DNA from: Podarcis melisellensis
Taxonomy: Eukaryota
Direction: 5' to 3' (one strand)
Length of the DNA stretch: 64,000 bases
NCBI GenBank assembly: GCA_964234715.1
Contig: OZ174275.1
This document shows positions 39,731-50,076 of this stretch, piece after piece. The notes under the pieces are model-generated. The model saw only the letters and a program-made list of their open reading frames with translations, ran no database searches and was not told where the DNA came from. The stretch's first letter is position 1, and each line of letters opens with the position of its first letter. The position numbers and the translations under genes are program-made.

Positions 39731-40663
39731 GTAACATAGCCACACATTCATTTCCCAAGTACTTAAAAGCAGGTTCAGATATGTTCTGTGGATACTGTAA
39801 TACAGTAATGCACCCATGTCCTAGGGAAAGCTACCTGTTTGGAAAAGATACCACCTTGCAGAAGACAGATGGGCATCTTAAATGTTGTGAGCACAATAGG
39901 ATACAGAAGCATCATAATTTTTAAATGCCTTCTTGGTTCTTCAAGCATACTGTTCCCTAAAGCTGACAGGAGCCTTTCCTCTTTTCAGTAATTGGGCTCC
40001 CACACAGTTTGTGTAAAGTCCTTAACTTCAGGTGCAAGAGATGCACATCCTGTTGGAAGGCACATCTTGTAAATGTTGTGTGAACATACTGAACAGAAAG
40101 GATCCTTCCGACATAAAACTTTACACATAGAGAAATCTTTACTTGGAAGGGGCATGGTGCCCACCTGCCAAAATGGCCCACGAGAGGTGGGGGAGATCAG
40201 ATCCTATTCTCCTCCTCCGTTCTGCATGGTCAGGGTAGAAACTGTATAGGAGGCATCAGCCCTACTGGAGCATGTGCATCTATATTGTAAAGGTGGTTTA
40301 AAACAATACCTTCCCTGAACTACTCACCTTCCTTTTGTTTGATGCATCTCCCCCCATCCCATCTCATTCCTAGCCTTTCTGTTCCATTCCAGTTTTGTCT
40401 CTTGGATGCAAAATATAAGCTCACTGGTCTGCAATTCTGGCTTGTGTGTGTGAGACCCTCCATTGTTGGCTTCTCAATTTTAATAGTAGTAGCAGGAACA
40501 ACAACCACACTTTAACAGAGATTCCCCAATTAAAACTATCCAGGGTCTCAGGCAGCTATATCTCCAGGCTTTGCTACATGAGATCTGTCTAACTGGAGAT
40601 GTTAGGGCTCAATTAGGCAATGCGTAGTAACATTTTGACTGTCTTTCCCCTTCCACCCTTTAG

Positions 40664-40827
40664 TATCCCTTGAAAATGTTCTGTTGGATGTAAAGGAACT
40701 CCAAAGAGGTCTCGACCTAACGAAGCGCGAGTACACCATGCACGATCACAACACCATGCTGAAGGAGTTTATTCAGAACAATGAAGGGAAACTGAAGAAG
40801 CTGCAGGATGATGCAAAAATAGCTCAG
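40664..40827 (+). CDS. FMNL2: FMNL2 coding exon (FH2)
   Basis: ctttag|TA...CAG|gtattc; (V)[54 protein letters not shown]. Confidence 0.96.
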
Positions 40828-41194
40828 GTATTCTGTGTATCCCAGCAGTTGTTCAGTGGTCTAGCTTTCAGGAACGGAGAACTTTTGTTACCTTTTTCAA
40901 GCTCAAAGATGTTCCTTTTGGAGTAGGCAGGACAAGTATTCACTGATTCCTCTGTTCTAGTGTAGTGTTGTGTTGTATAGTTAAGAGTGTCTGAATGAGA
41001 GAGCTTAGGCCAGTCATTCCCCCTCAGGGGGAATAGAAGGGGAACAATGAATGCTTCTCTGTGCTGCTTGCAGAAGGAAGGGTGGTTTTAAAAAACAATA
41101 GAATGTGTTTATTCTTTTGCAGTATTGATGTGACATCTGTCACTGAGAGTGACTTCACACCTTATGCAATAGCATTTCATTTAGTGGCATGTGC

Positions 41195-41323
41195 NNNNNN
41201 NNNNNNNNNNNNNNNNNNNNNNNNNNNNNNNNNNNNNNNNNNNNNNNNNNNNNNNNNNNNNNNNNNNNNNNNNNNNNNNNNNNNNNNNNNNNNNNNNNNN
41301 NNNNNNNNNNNNNNNNNNNNNNN
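41195..41323. other. Assembly gap
   Basis: Run of N. Confidence 1.
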
Positions 41324-41782
41324 TAATGTTTAGTAGCTCCACTCAAGTTTCATTATTTATTTATTTTGGTTAAAATAAGAATGGTAGACACAAGTTTCTT
41401 TTATCTGTTCTGAACCTGCAAAAGGCAAAAACGGCTGAGTAATCCCAGCACAAGAGGGCAATTAACAAATGGCAGAACTTCAAAATGCATATTTTCAAAC
41501 TGCAAGTTTATACTTGGAACTGGGATTTTTCTTCCTTCCTGAAATTGCGCACTTTGCAAAACAGGTTGCAGAGCAGGCCTCCCTTCTGTTGCACTGGTAA
41601 TAAAGGCTCCAATGCACCTACACTCACGTCTGTGCTGCTTCCTTCCTGATTGCTTGCCACCTGATCAGCCTTCAGCTTGTGGGGGGTGGTTCCCTTTTCG
41701 TGGGTTAAACACCATCTTGCATAGTTTGGGATTTGTTGAATATATATATATATATATATGTTAAAAAGTCTCTCTTTTACAG

Positions 41783-41884
41783 GATGCCTTTGATGATGCT
41801 GTGAAGTATTTTGGAGAGAATCCCAAGACGACACCTCCATCAGTCTTCTTCCCAGTCTTTGTTCGATTTGTGAAAGCTTACAAG
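41783..41884 (+). CDS. FMNL2: FMNL2 coding exon (end of FH2)
   Basis: ttacag|GAT...AAG|gtaaac; [34 protein letters not shown]. Confidence 0.96.
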
Positions 41885-41983
41885 GTAAACAGAAGTTCCA
41901 ATTCACTTCTGTTATTCTTACAAATGTGGCCACACTTTCTAACCAAAGGCTCCCTCTGTGGTTGTGTAGCTTCCTTAGCAAAT

Positions 41984-42112
41984 ACACAGATAGCTCAGTC
42001 GGTAGAGCATGGGACAGTTAATCTCAGGGTTGTGGGTTTGAGCCCCATGTTGGGTGAAAGATTCCTGCATCGCAAGGGGTTTATGATCCTCGTGGTCCCT
42101 TCCATATGATTT
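41984..42112 (+). mobile_element. tRNA-Lys-derived SINE with CR1-like tail
   Basis: TAGCTCAGTCGGTAGAGCATG...TAATCTCAGGGTTGTGGGTTTGAGCCCCATGTTGGGTG resembles decayed tRNA-Lys(CTT), followed by a ...GGTCCCTTCCA CR1-type 3' end; the related tail occurs reversed at about 33748-33815. Confidence 0.75.
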
Positions 42113-42657
42113 ATAGGAAAGAGCCTTAAGGTCCCATCTTTGGAACAAAGGCCAGATTGAAACTTGCCCAGCCTCTTGGAGGCTGCATTCCAATGATGGC
42201 TGGGGCAAAATGAAACAAAATCCAACAGAGGAACAAAGAAGACAAATACACACCAGACATCAAGAACACACAGCACTCCTGCTGTGTTACACACATTCAG
42301 ACATGCAGAGGACATGCAGGCAGGTACACATGTGGCTGGAAAAATCCGCCACTAGGTGACTTCAAAAGAGAGTGGGAATAAGGCCGTCAGTGGCTCCTAG
42401 TCCTGATGGCTATGCTCTCCACTGTCGGAGGCAGTATGCCTCTGAATGACAGCTGTTGGGAATCACAAGAGGACAAATTCTTGAAGAAATTCTTGGGAGA
42501 ATTTGCCGTATCACGCCACAACAGGAAGCGGCACATCCAAGTTAAACTGGCTTTAATGAATTTGTATTTTGCTGAGTGAGCTAAAAACGAACCCCACTTT
42601 TTTGAAGTCGTTGCGAGCTCTAACCGGTGTGTGTATTTCGTTTAAAATTGTTGATAG

Positions 42658-42756
42658 CAAGCGGAAGAGGAGAACGAGTTGAGGAAAAAGCAACAACAGG
42701 CATTGATGGAAAAACTTCTGGAGCAGGAGGCACTGATGGAGCAGCAAGACCAAAAG
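42658..42756 (+). CDS. FMNL2: FMNL2 coding exon
   Basis: tgatag|CAA...AAG|gtagca; [33 protein letters not shown]; branch point CTCTAAC at 42618-42624. Confidence 0.93.
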
Positions 42757-44169
42757 GTAGCAAACAAACAAGCCATTAATCGATTTTGGTTACGTGCATT
42801 GATAAAGTGGCACGTGTTGGTCCAGTGAAAGAGATCATCTTATTGCAGAGCAGCCGATGTGGTGCAGTCCAGATATTATTGAACTCCAGTTGTTAGGGAT
42901 GATGGGAGTTGTGGAATACACATCTGGAAAGCACCACCTTGGCTACTGCTGCCTTATTGGCTGAGACTGCTTCTCTCAAGTCTTTGGGATTGGCAAGGAA
43001 CCAACATTCCAAACACCTTTCTGTCAGGTGTTTTCTCTCAGAGATAACTATTGAAGCTCTCTTTCTCCCAGAGACATTTTAACAAGGCAGTCATACAAGA
43101 AACGTAAAAGGAAACTAGAGCAGTTTCATGTGTATGCCCTTTCTTGTTATTCCTAAATCTCCAAAAGGTGTTTATTCTCCTAAAGCCATTGATACAATGC
43201 TTGGAATTTGCCCTGTTTGAAAGATGCTTACCGAGAAGTAATGAGCATTTATCTTGGCCAAGCAATTCGATAACAGGAAGACATTCAGCGCATAGTCACC
43301 CATAAGTATGCAGTTACCAAATGTGAAGGAAGGCTAGTCAGAAGAGGCTCAAAGAAAATGCAGTGGCAGAAACTGCCGTTTTGGGTTGCATCTAGCATTT
43401 TCCAGAGTTCTGCTTGGTGTATGAGACCCTCTCTTCCATGATAATATATTTTAACAATACAATTAAGAATTCTCACTATGCAAGGTGACTTCTACAGATA
43501 TTTGCACAAAGCACCCCCACCTCCTGTAATGTCAGGATTGTGTTCCCCACTTTTCCAGTGTCTTGGCCCTCATGGCAGCTTTACAATTGCTATTGATATT
43601 GTGTAGAACAATAAAAAAGAAACAACAAAAACAAAAACCATCAGCACTACAGTGTATAAATCACAAAAAGCAGCTAAAAGCAGATTAAGTGTTAGTATGT
43701 GACAAACAAGACAGACCGCACTTGACATCTAAACAGTAATAATCATGGTGCCAGATGGGTATGCCTGGGGAGGGCAATCCATAATCAGGGAGGCACCACA
43801 GGAAAGGCCCTTATTTTGATTAGCCTCAGAAGGCCAGGACCCCCTCAGACAGGCCTCAAACGTTGTTCTCTCAGCCGAGAGGTTGGTGTGGGAAAAGGTG
43901 GTCTTGTAGATACTTTGATCCCAAACTTTTCAAAGTTTCATAGGTTAGAAACCATAACTTCCCCTTTTTTCTAGAAGTGAACTGGGAGTTAGTGAAAGTG
44001 AGTGCAGGTGAAATATGTGTAGGGCTGGGGAAAGACAGGGTTGACCTAGTGGTTCTAACTCTCTACGGGGCAGGTACCTAAGTTCCTTACCTTATACCTC
44101 AAAGAGAAGAGATGGTGTTTTCAGCATCTTGTTGGCCACTGCTCTTTACCGACCTTTGCTCCCTTTCAG

Positions 44170-44293
44170 TCTCCGTCTCATAAAACGAAGAGGCAGCAGC
44201 AAGAGCTTATTGCAGAGCTAAGACGGCGACAAGTCAAGGACAATAGACATGTGTACGAGGGGAAGGATGGAGCTATCGAAGATATCATCACAG
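44170..44293 (+). CDS. FMNL2: FMNL2 coding exon (WH2-like motif and first half of DAD)
   Basis: tttcag|TCT...ACAG|gtaaaa; [41 protein letters not shown]; ends in phase 1. Confidence 0.96.
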
Positions 44294-45071
44294 GTAAAAT
44301 AATAATGAGGAGGAGGAGGAAGAAGATGTTCCAAAGTGCCCCTTCATAACTTTCACTTTGCAAAGCTCTAACATAGCTCTTTAAAGGGTTATAAATTGAT
44401 TTCAGTGACAATAATCACATGTATCAGTCATTTAACAAATGGTGCACATTATATAGCGCTCAGGGTTTCAGTCCACTTCTTTGGCAAGGCCTCATTGACA
44501 TAACATTTGTGTATTATTTAATTTCTCCTTCACTTCAGCATGCTCTCATAACTCAAGCTGTAGACCCCGTAGAGCCTTATTAGACGTATTTTTGCAACAG
44601 GTGCATGCCTTGCAATTCTTTGAGTATTTTTGATCCATGTGCAAAGCCACTGGTGTTGAGCCTTGCTTTTAAAAGCTTTTGTTTTGTCCTTCAAGTCCTA
44701 CTAATGGTAATTGCTCCAGCATTAAATATGTGACGGAGGACAAAATTGTGTGATTTGGATTTGTTGAACGATTTTGAACTTCAGAGCTGCATATTCCTCT
44801 TGCAACAGACTAATACTAGTCCCTTTCTGCAATCCATAATTGAACGCAATAGGCTGACAATGGCTGGGTCTAATTTATAGCAGCCGTGACAAGTACAGTG
44901 TGGGCAAACTACTCCTGCAACAGACAGGTGATTTGCTGAAATCTGATTTAGTGGGTTCTGTGACAATCACAGAGTGGATGAAAACAGCAGCAGCTAATTG
45001 TTAATAATTTCTCCATAATCAGCAGTAATAGGTCCCTGAGAATGAGTAATACCAAATGCAAGCAACAAATA

Positions 45072-45113
45072 TGTTGTTGTTTAGTCGTGTCCGACTCTTT
45101 GTGACCCCATGGA
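45072..45113 (-). mobile_element. 42-bp 5'-truncated BovB/RTE-type 3' end with TSD
   Basis: Minus strand TCCATGGGGTCACAAAGAGTCGGACACGACTAAACAACAACA; 14-bp TSD GCA(A/G)GCAACAAATA at 45058-45071 and 45114-45127. Confidence 0.75.
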
Positions 45114-45611
45114 GCAGGCAACAAATACGGTGGGTTTTAAAAACATCCACGCACAGATGCATGGATCCTATCCAGCCAGGACTTCACTAGCATCGCATGT
45201 CTCATTTTCAGTGGTAAATTTATGGCTGATCCCTGGCTGAGACTTCGCCTAGGGTTTACTTTGCCCACTCTGTTGTTGTGTGATTTCATTTCACTAAGTT
45301 CCAAGAGCAGTCCATCAGAGTGCGAGAACAGCCATGCAAATAAATGTTGTGCTGAGATAAAAGTGTGCACTTCATCACGCCCTTGTTCATACACCAATTT
45401 TACCTTTAAAAAAAACAACACCCCAGTAACTCTTGTGATTTGCAGAAAGATAATACTACTGGTAACCCAGCCAAACAAATCCTATTGTGGTTAAATGACT
45501 GAATAAGCCACCTCAGGGTGTCTTTAACAAAGCACTAACAATGTACTAATACAATAGATCTTTGCTTCTTACTGTATATTCTGTCTTGTCTGGCTGTTAT
45601 TTCCCATGCAG

Positions 45612-45703
45612 TGCTGAAGACTGTGCCCTTCACAGCTCGAACGGCCAAGCGTGGCTCTCGTTTTTTCTGCGAACCTGTTCTCACAGAGGAATTCCATTAC
45701 TAA
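45612..45703 (+). CDS. FMNL2: FMNL2 alternative C-terminal exon A (ends EEFHY*)
   Basis: atgcag|TG; (V)[32 protein letters not shown]; matches the human ...EEYHY isoform as I recall it. Confidence 0.92.
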
Positions 45704-45933
45704 ACTTTTCCTCTTTCACACCCGACGCTCTTTAAAAAAAAACAAAAAGGTTGCTGTAGGTTTTTGACGTTTCTCCGCATTATAGCTGTTTGAATGGATT
45801 AGTGATGTTTGGCATCTCGTTGGAGTCATATTTGACATCGCTCATCTCATTGCATGTTTTTGCCTGCCAGGAACCTTTTTTTGGTTCCCTTCCATCCTCC
45901 CAGTGACCGTTTGTTCTACCTTCCGCATTTCAG

Positions 45934-46145
45934 AGTCACCCTGTGGGCTCAGCCCCATAGAGCAGCAAGTGATGGAAGTCACAGAAATGTCCTCAAGGCC
46001 CATGGCGGCTGCGCTTCAAGCCAGCCACCACAATTTGCAAGGGATGGTTGTGGGTTGTAATGGCAAATGTGATGGACAGTTCACTTGGCTTTTCTGTGTC
46101 TTCTCCTCTGGGCTCTCGCACCTCCTTTACTTCTTTGTGACTTGA
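45934..46145 (+). CDS. FMNL2: Candidate third FMNL2 C-terminal exon (70 aa, ESPC...YFFVT*)
   Basis: Acceptor ttctaccttccgcatttcag|AG with upstream GTGAC; the phase-1 frame is the open frame of ORF 45903..46145. Confidence 0.4.
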
Positions 46146-47227
46146 TCTATGTTGCATGAGTCCTGTTAAGCCAAGCCTATCTCCGGAAGCAAACCTAGTA
46201 TACATCAGTGAGCCAGGCTGAATGTTTATGGGCTTTGTTTTATGGCATGTAAAATGAAGTCACTGTTTTGTGATCTGTGAGCACCTATTTCCACATGGGT
46301 CCTTCTAACCATCGCTTGCATGTTTGTGTTTGCATGTGTGAACAGGAATAAAATAAATGTGGTCGTGGTCCCCGCACCCACTCCCTTTGTTTTTCACACC
46401 CACAGTCGTTCGCTTCAGTTCCATGGCAACTTAATGGGAAATCTCCTTTGAGCCAAGTGGTAGCCTCACTTAAGATAGCATTCTGCCTTTCATCAGTTCA
46501 GTCCTTCGTAATAGTGGCGGCTGGGCAAAACCCAGGCAGACCATGGTTCTGAAAGCAGGTCTTGACTTCTGAGCCCAAGCCATAAGAAATAAATTTTAAA
46601 TAATTCTCATGCTACGCTCATCTAGAGCCAAGAAACAAAGATTGAGGGGCTGGATGAAGAAACTACTCAGGTGGCAGCAGATAAGGCCTAGTGAAGCAAT
46701 ATGATCAAAATTGCCTTGCCATAGAAGATACCCTGCGTTATTGTCATGGAACTGGATCCATTAACATCTTGCACTGTAGAATGTTTTTTAAAAAGGAGTG
46801 CTGTTTACACTGCATGTGTCTGTCAATGCTGTTGTCTTTGATACAAGAACCAATCATCTTAAAGCAGCATTTCATTTCCTACTGGTGTAATATGTTTTAA
46901 TGGGGAGCTTTAAAATAAGAATGCTGCCTGTTAACTCCTCTTTTGCTCTTTCAAGTTAATTGCTGGACAGTCATCCTGGAGCCAATGTTCAAAGCAGCTT
47001 GGAATTTTATTAGTAAGAGGCTTACGATGGCCACCTCTTCCCTTCCCGCTCTCTTTTTTAACCTTCTTTAAGCCTCCACCTCACCCACTTTTGCTTTACT
47101 TGCTAACATGTGTGGCTTTTTACATTTATTTTTTAAAAAATAAATATATTATTATTTTGCTTTTTGGGCACAGAATTGAGTTGCTCTTCATGTTCCATCC
47201 CATTTTTAACTTAACCATCATTCTGTG

Positions 47228-47399
47228 NNNNNNNNNNNNNNNNNNNNNNNNNNNNNNNNNNNNNNNNNNNNNNNNNNNNNNNNNNNNNNNNNNNNNNNNN
47301 NNNNNNNNNNNNNNNNNNNNNNNNNNNNNNNNNNNNNNNNNNNNNNNNNNNNNNNNNNNNNNNNNNNNNNNNNNNNNNNNNNNNNNNNNNNNNNNNNNN
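47228..47399. other. Assembly gap
   Basis: Run of N. Confidence 1.
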
Positions 47400-48615
47400 C
47401 TGCAAATCACAGCCAAGTTTAAGATAAAGGAGGGATGGCGCTGCAAGCGTTTAGCAGCGTTTCTGGTGCTTTTCGGTCTTTCTTCTGTTGTGTGTTTTTA
47501 TCTGTAGCGTGTGGGATGGATTAATCTGCAGCTCTTGCCTGTGCTGGATGACGTCACAGCACTTAGTGGCTCCTCCCTCTCCAGACTCTTCCACAAGATA
47601 GATGTTGTTGCCTCTGTGTTGTACTGATGAGTCTGTGTTCTGCAGAGAGGGAAGGGGCACAAAGTAGGGTTGCCAACTATTTTACAGGCTCTGTGCTCCT
47701 TTTCTTTTTTTAACAGCAGCCCATCAAACAGCAATATAGCATTTCCTGGCATAAGCATGCAGCGTATAAAGCTTTGCCCGTTTCTTTTCCATATGCCAGG
47801 TGGTTCCAAAAGGCATTTTGCCATACTAAAGAAATGTGGGAACCTCTCAGAAATGGGAGCTTACGTGCAAAGATTTATTTGTGTGCTCTGTCTACCCTGC
47901 AAGGACAGTGGATTCAGGCACTATTAGTGAAGCAAACCCTAGGAAAAGAGAAAAGGCTGTGTGTGGATCTTATGGCTGTTAGTTGCATCTTAGCAATTAA
48001 CTATTATTCCCACATCTACTAGCCGCCCCTGCCTCCCCAATTGGGTCTTTGGGAGCCTCCTGTGATTTACAGCCAGTTGCTTTATCCAAAAGACCTCGGG
48101 GGGCTGCTAGTGAATCCTGAGGGTAGGCTGAGTAAGCGCTACAACTAAATCTTCCCTGCGAGGGGGGACTGTCATTCTCTTTGCTCCTCTTTTCACAACG
48201 GCACCTTTGTTTGCCTTTCTGCTTCAGTAGCAGCGCTTCCCATAGCAATGGCAGCCATCCTTATACTGTACGCTGCCACTGAGAGCATTTGGCTGGCTTC
48301 TTCGAATTATCAGTGCGGGCTCTGGGAGCATCAGCTATGTTGAAGGGCAATTCCTCTGAAAGTGCCCGTTTCCTGTATCCATCTCATTCTCCTGGAGCAG
48401 GAGTGTGCATGGACCTTAGAATAAAATCTAAGAAAAAACAATGGAGAATAGTTTGTGTGTGTGTGTGTGTGTGTGTATGGATAGCACCTCCGTGCTGCTA
48501 TGTATGGGAGTGTGTGTGAGTAGGGAGTTTATAGGGAACCCTGTTGGTGGAAAGGGAAACAAATTCAGGATAGGTGTGTGCTTTTTGCTCCTGATGCAGC
48601 AGTCCCGTTTCAGCA

Positions 48616-48669
<54 letters not shown>
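48616..48669. repeat. (AAT)n microsatellite seeded by a LINE tail
   Basis: About 18 units abutting the L2-type 3' end. Confidence 0.95.
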
Positions 48670-48755
48670 TTATTATTAATACCCCGCCCATCTGGCTGGG
48701 TTTCCCGAGCCACTCTGGGTGGCTTCCAACAGAATATTAAAATACAATAGTCTAT
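48670..48755 (-). mobile_element. L2-type LINE extreme 3' end (same family as 2403-2610)
   Basis: Near-identical accccgcccatctggctgggtttccc...ccactctggg..gcttccaaca, adjacent to an (AAT)n tail. Confidence 0.7.
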
Positions 48756-49966
48756 TGAAGCAAATGGGACTGGCCATGGGGCTGCTGCTCACAGCGGCAT
48801 TGTAGGGTAGGGTAATGTTGTTGGGGCAGCAGCCACAAGCAGTGCTACCCATGTCATTCCCTTCTTTTAAGCATAATCAGGACCGCGCCACTGCTAGCAG
48901 TGTAGGCCAACTGGCTTTTAAAAGTGCCAATGTAATACAGTAGTCAAAACTGCTGGCATTAAGCAAGTACAGATTGTGCAAATTGTGAATGGTTTGGTAG
49001 GTTGCTGTAGTCTGGAAATCTAGCACAGCTGGGAAGGTGTGATTTTAAAGAGCTAAGGGAACTCCAGGGTAGAAGGGGGGGTTGGGGGTTGGGAAAGAGG
49101 AGCAGTGCCTGCTTATTGTTTTTGCTGCTGCTGTTTTATTTAAAAAACCTGGAAGGCTTCAGATTGGCTTGCTGGTCATACCACTAGCAAACACAATAGA
49201 TTTGCCTCCTGTGGACAGCAGAAATTGGTAGCATGTGGGGCAAAGGAGTCGCCAGCTGGATCTACACTGATCTGGAAAACACTATAAAAACATAGCTCTC
49301 AATGCAATTTCACATGGGCAACACTACAGCGCCCTGTTGTCCCATTTTTATAACATATTTTTCATATTATAACTCACCAGTATAGAAGAGTCTGAGGTCA
49401 CAGTTTGAAGAGGTTGAGAGAATGAATGAAGCCTGGGTCTCAGGGAAAATTAGTGGCAAGTGACAGCCAACCAGCATTAGCATCTAACCCTGCTGCCATC
49501 CTGTCTCTGTGTGTTTTTTAAAAAATAATAATCCATACCCTCATTTTCATCCTCCTAAGAAAAAGCAGCTGATGCAGATTCATGGTGGCCCCAAAGTTTG
49601 GTCCTTCAGTAGTAGAACCCTGGTGTGGAAGCAGCTCCCCACCTGATTCTCTCTATACAGGAGAAATCTGGTGGAAACTTTTGCTGTGCAAGGAAATTGC
49701 GAGATTACTTTCGCAGCAGAACCCTTTTCATACCTAGATGTGTAACCCTGAATAATGCAGTAGGCAGAAGTTCCATATTAGTAATAGTCAGTGAAGAGAG
49801 AGGCCTATCAGTGCTGTTCTGCTCGGCTCTCTTGGGAGCTTAAACAGTCCCTTTTTCTCTTTTGCTTCAAGCTGCTTTGATTGGCTACCAGCAGGACTCT
49901 TTCCTTGTCTAGATCCAGAGGCATAGGCTAGCCCACTTCTGACACCTTCCTGCTTCTTCCCCGCAG

Positions 49967-50076
49967 ATCTTAGAAACCAGCCCTACAGACGAGCCGATGC
50001 GGTGAGGAGGAGCGTGAGGCGGCGTTTTGATGATCAGAATTTACGCACTCTCAACGGTGCTGAAATAGCCATGTGA
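49967..50076 (+). CDS. FMNL2: FMNL2 alternative/last coding exon B (ends AEIAM*)
   Basis: ccgcag|AT; (D)LRNQPYRRADAVRRSVRRRFDDQNLRTLNGAEIAM-TGA; matches the human ...EITM isoform as I recall it. Confidence 0.94.

Noticed and set aside
41984-42056. Possible tRNA-Lys gene
   Set aside because: The anticodon loop, acceptor stem and B-box are mutated, there is no poly-T terminator, and it continues into a CR1-like tail, so it is a SINE head.
47095-47227. TGCTAAC branch motif and acceptor before the gap as another terminal exon
   Set aside because: It gives only a short unrecognisable peptide (ELSCSSCSIPFLT*) and the adjacent gap prevents evaluation.
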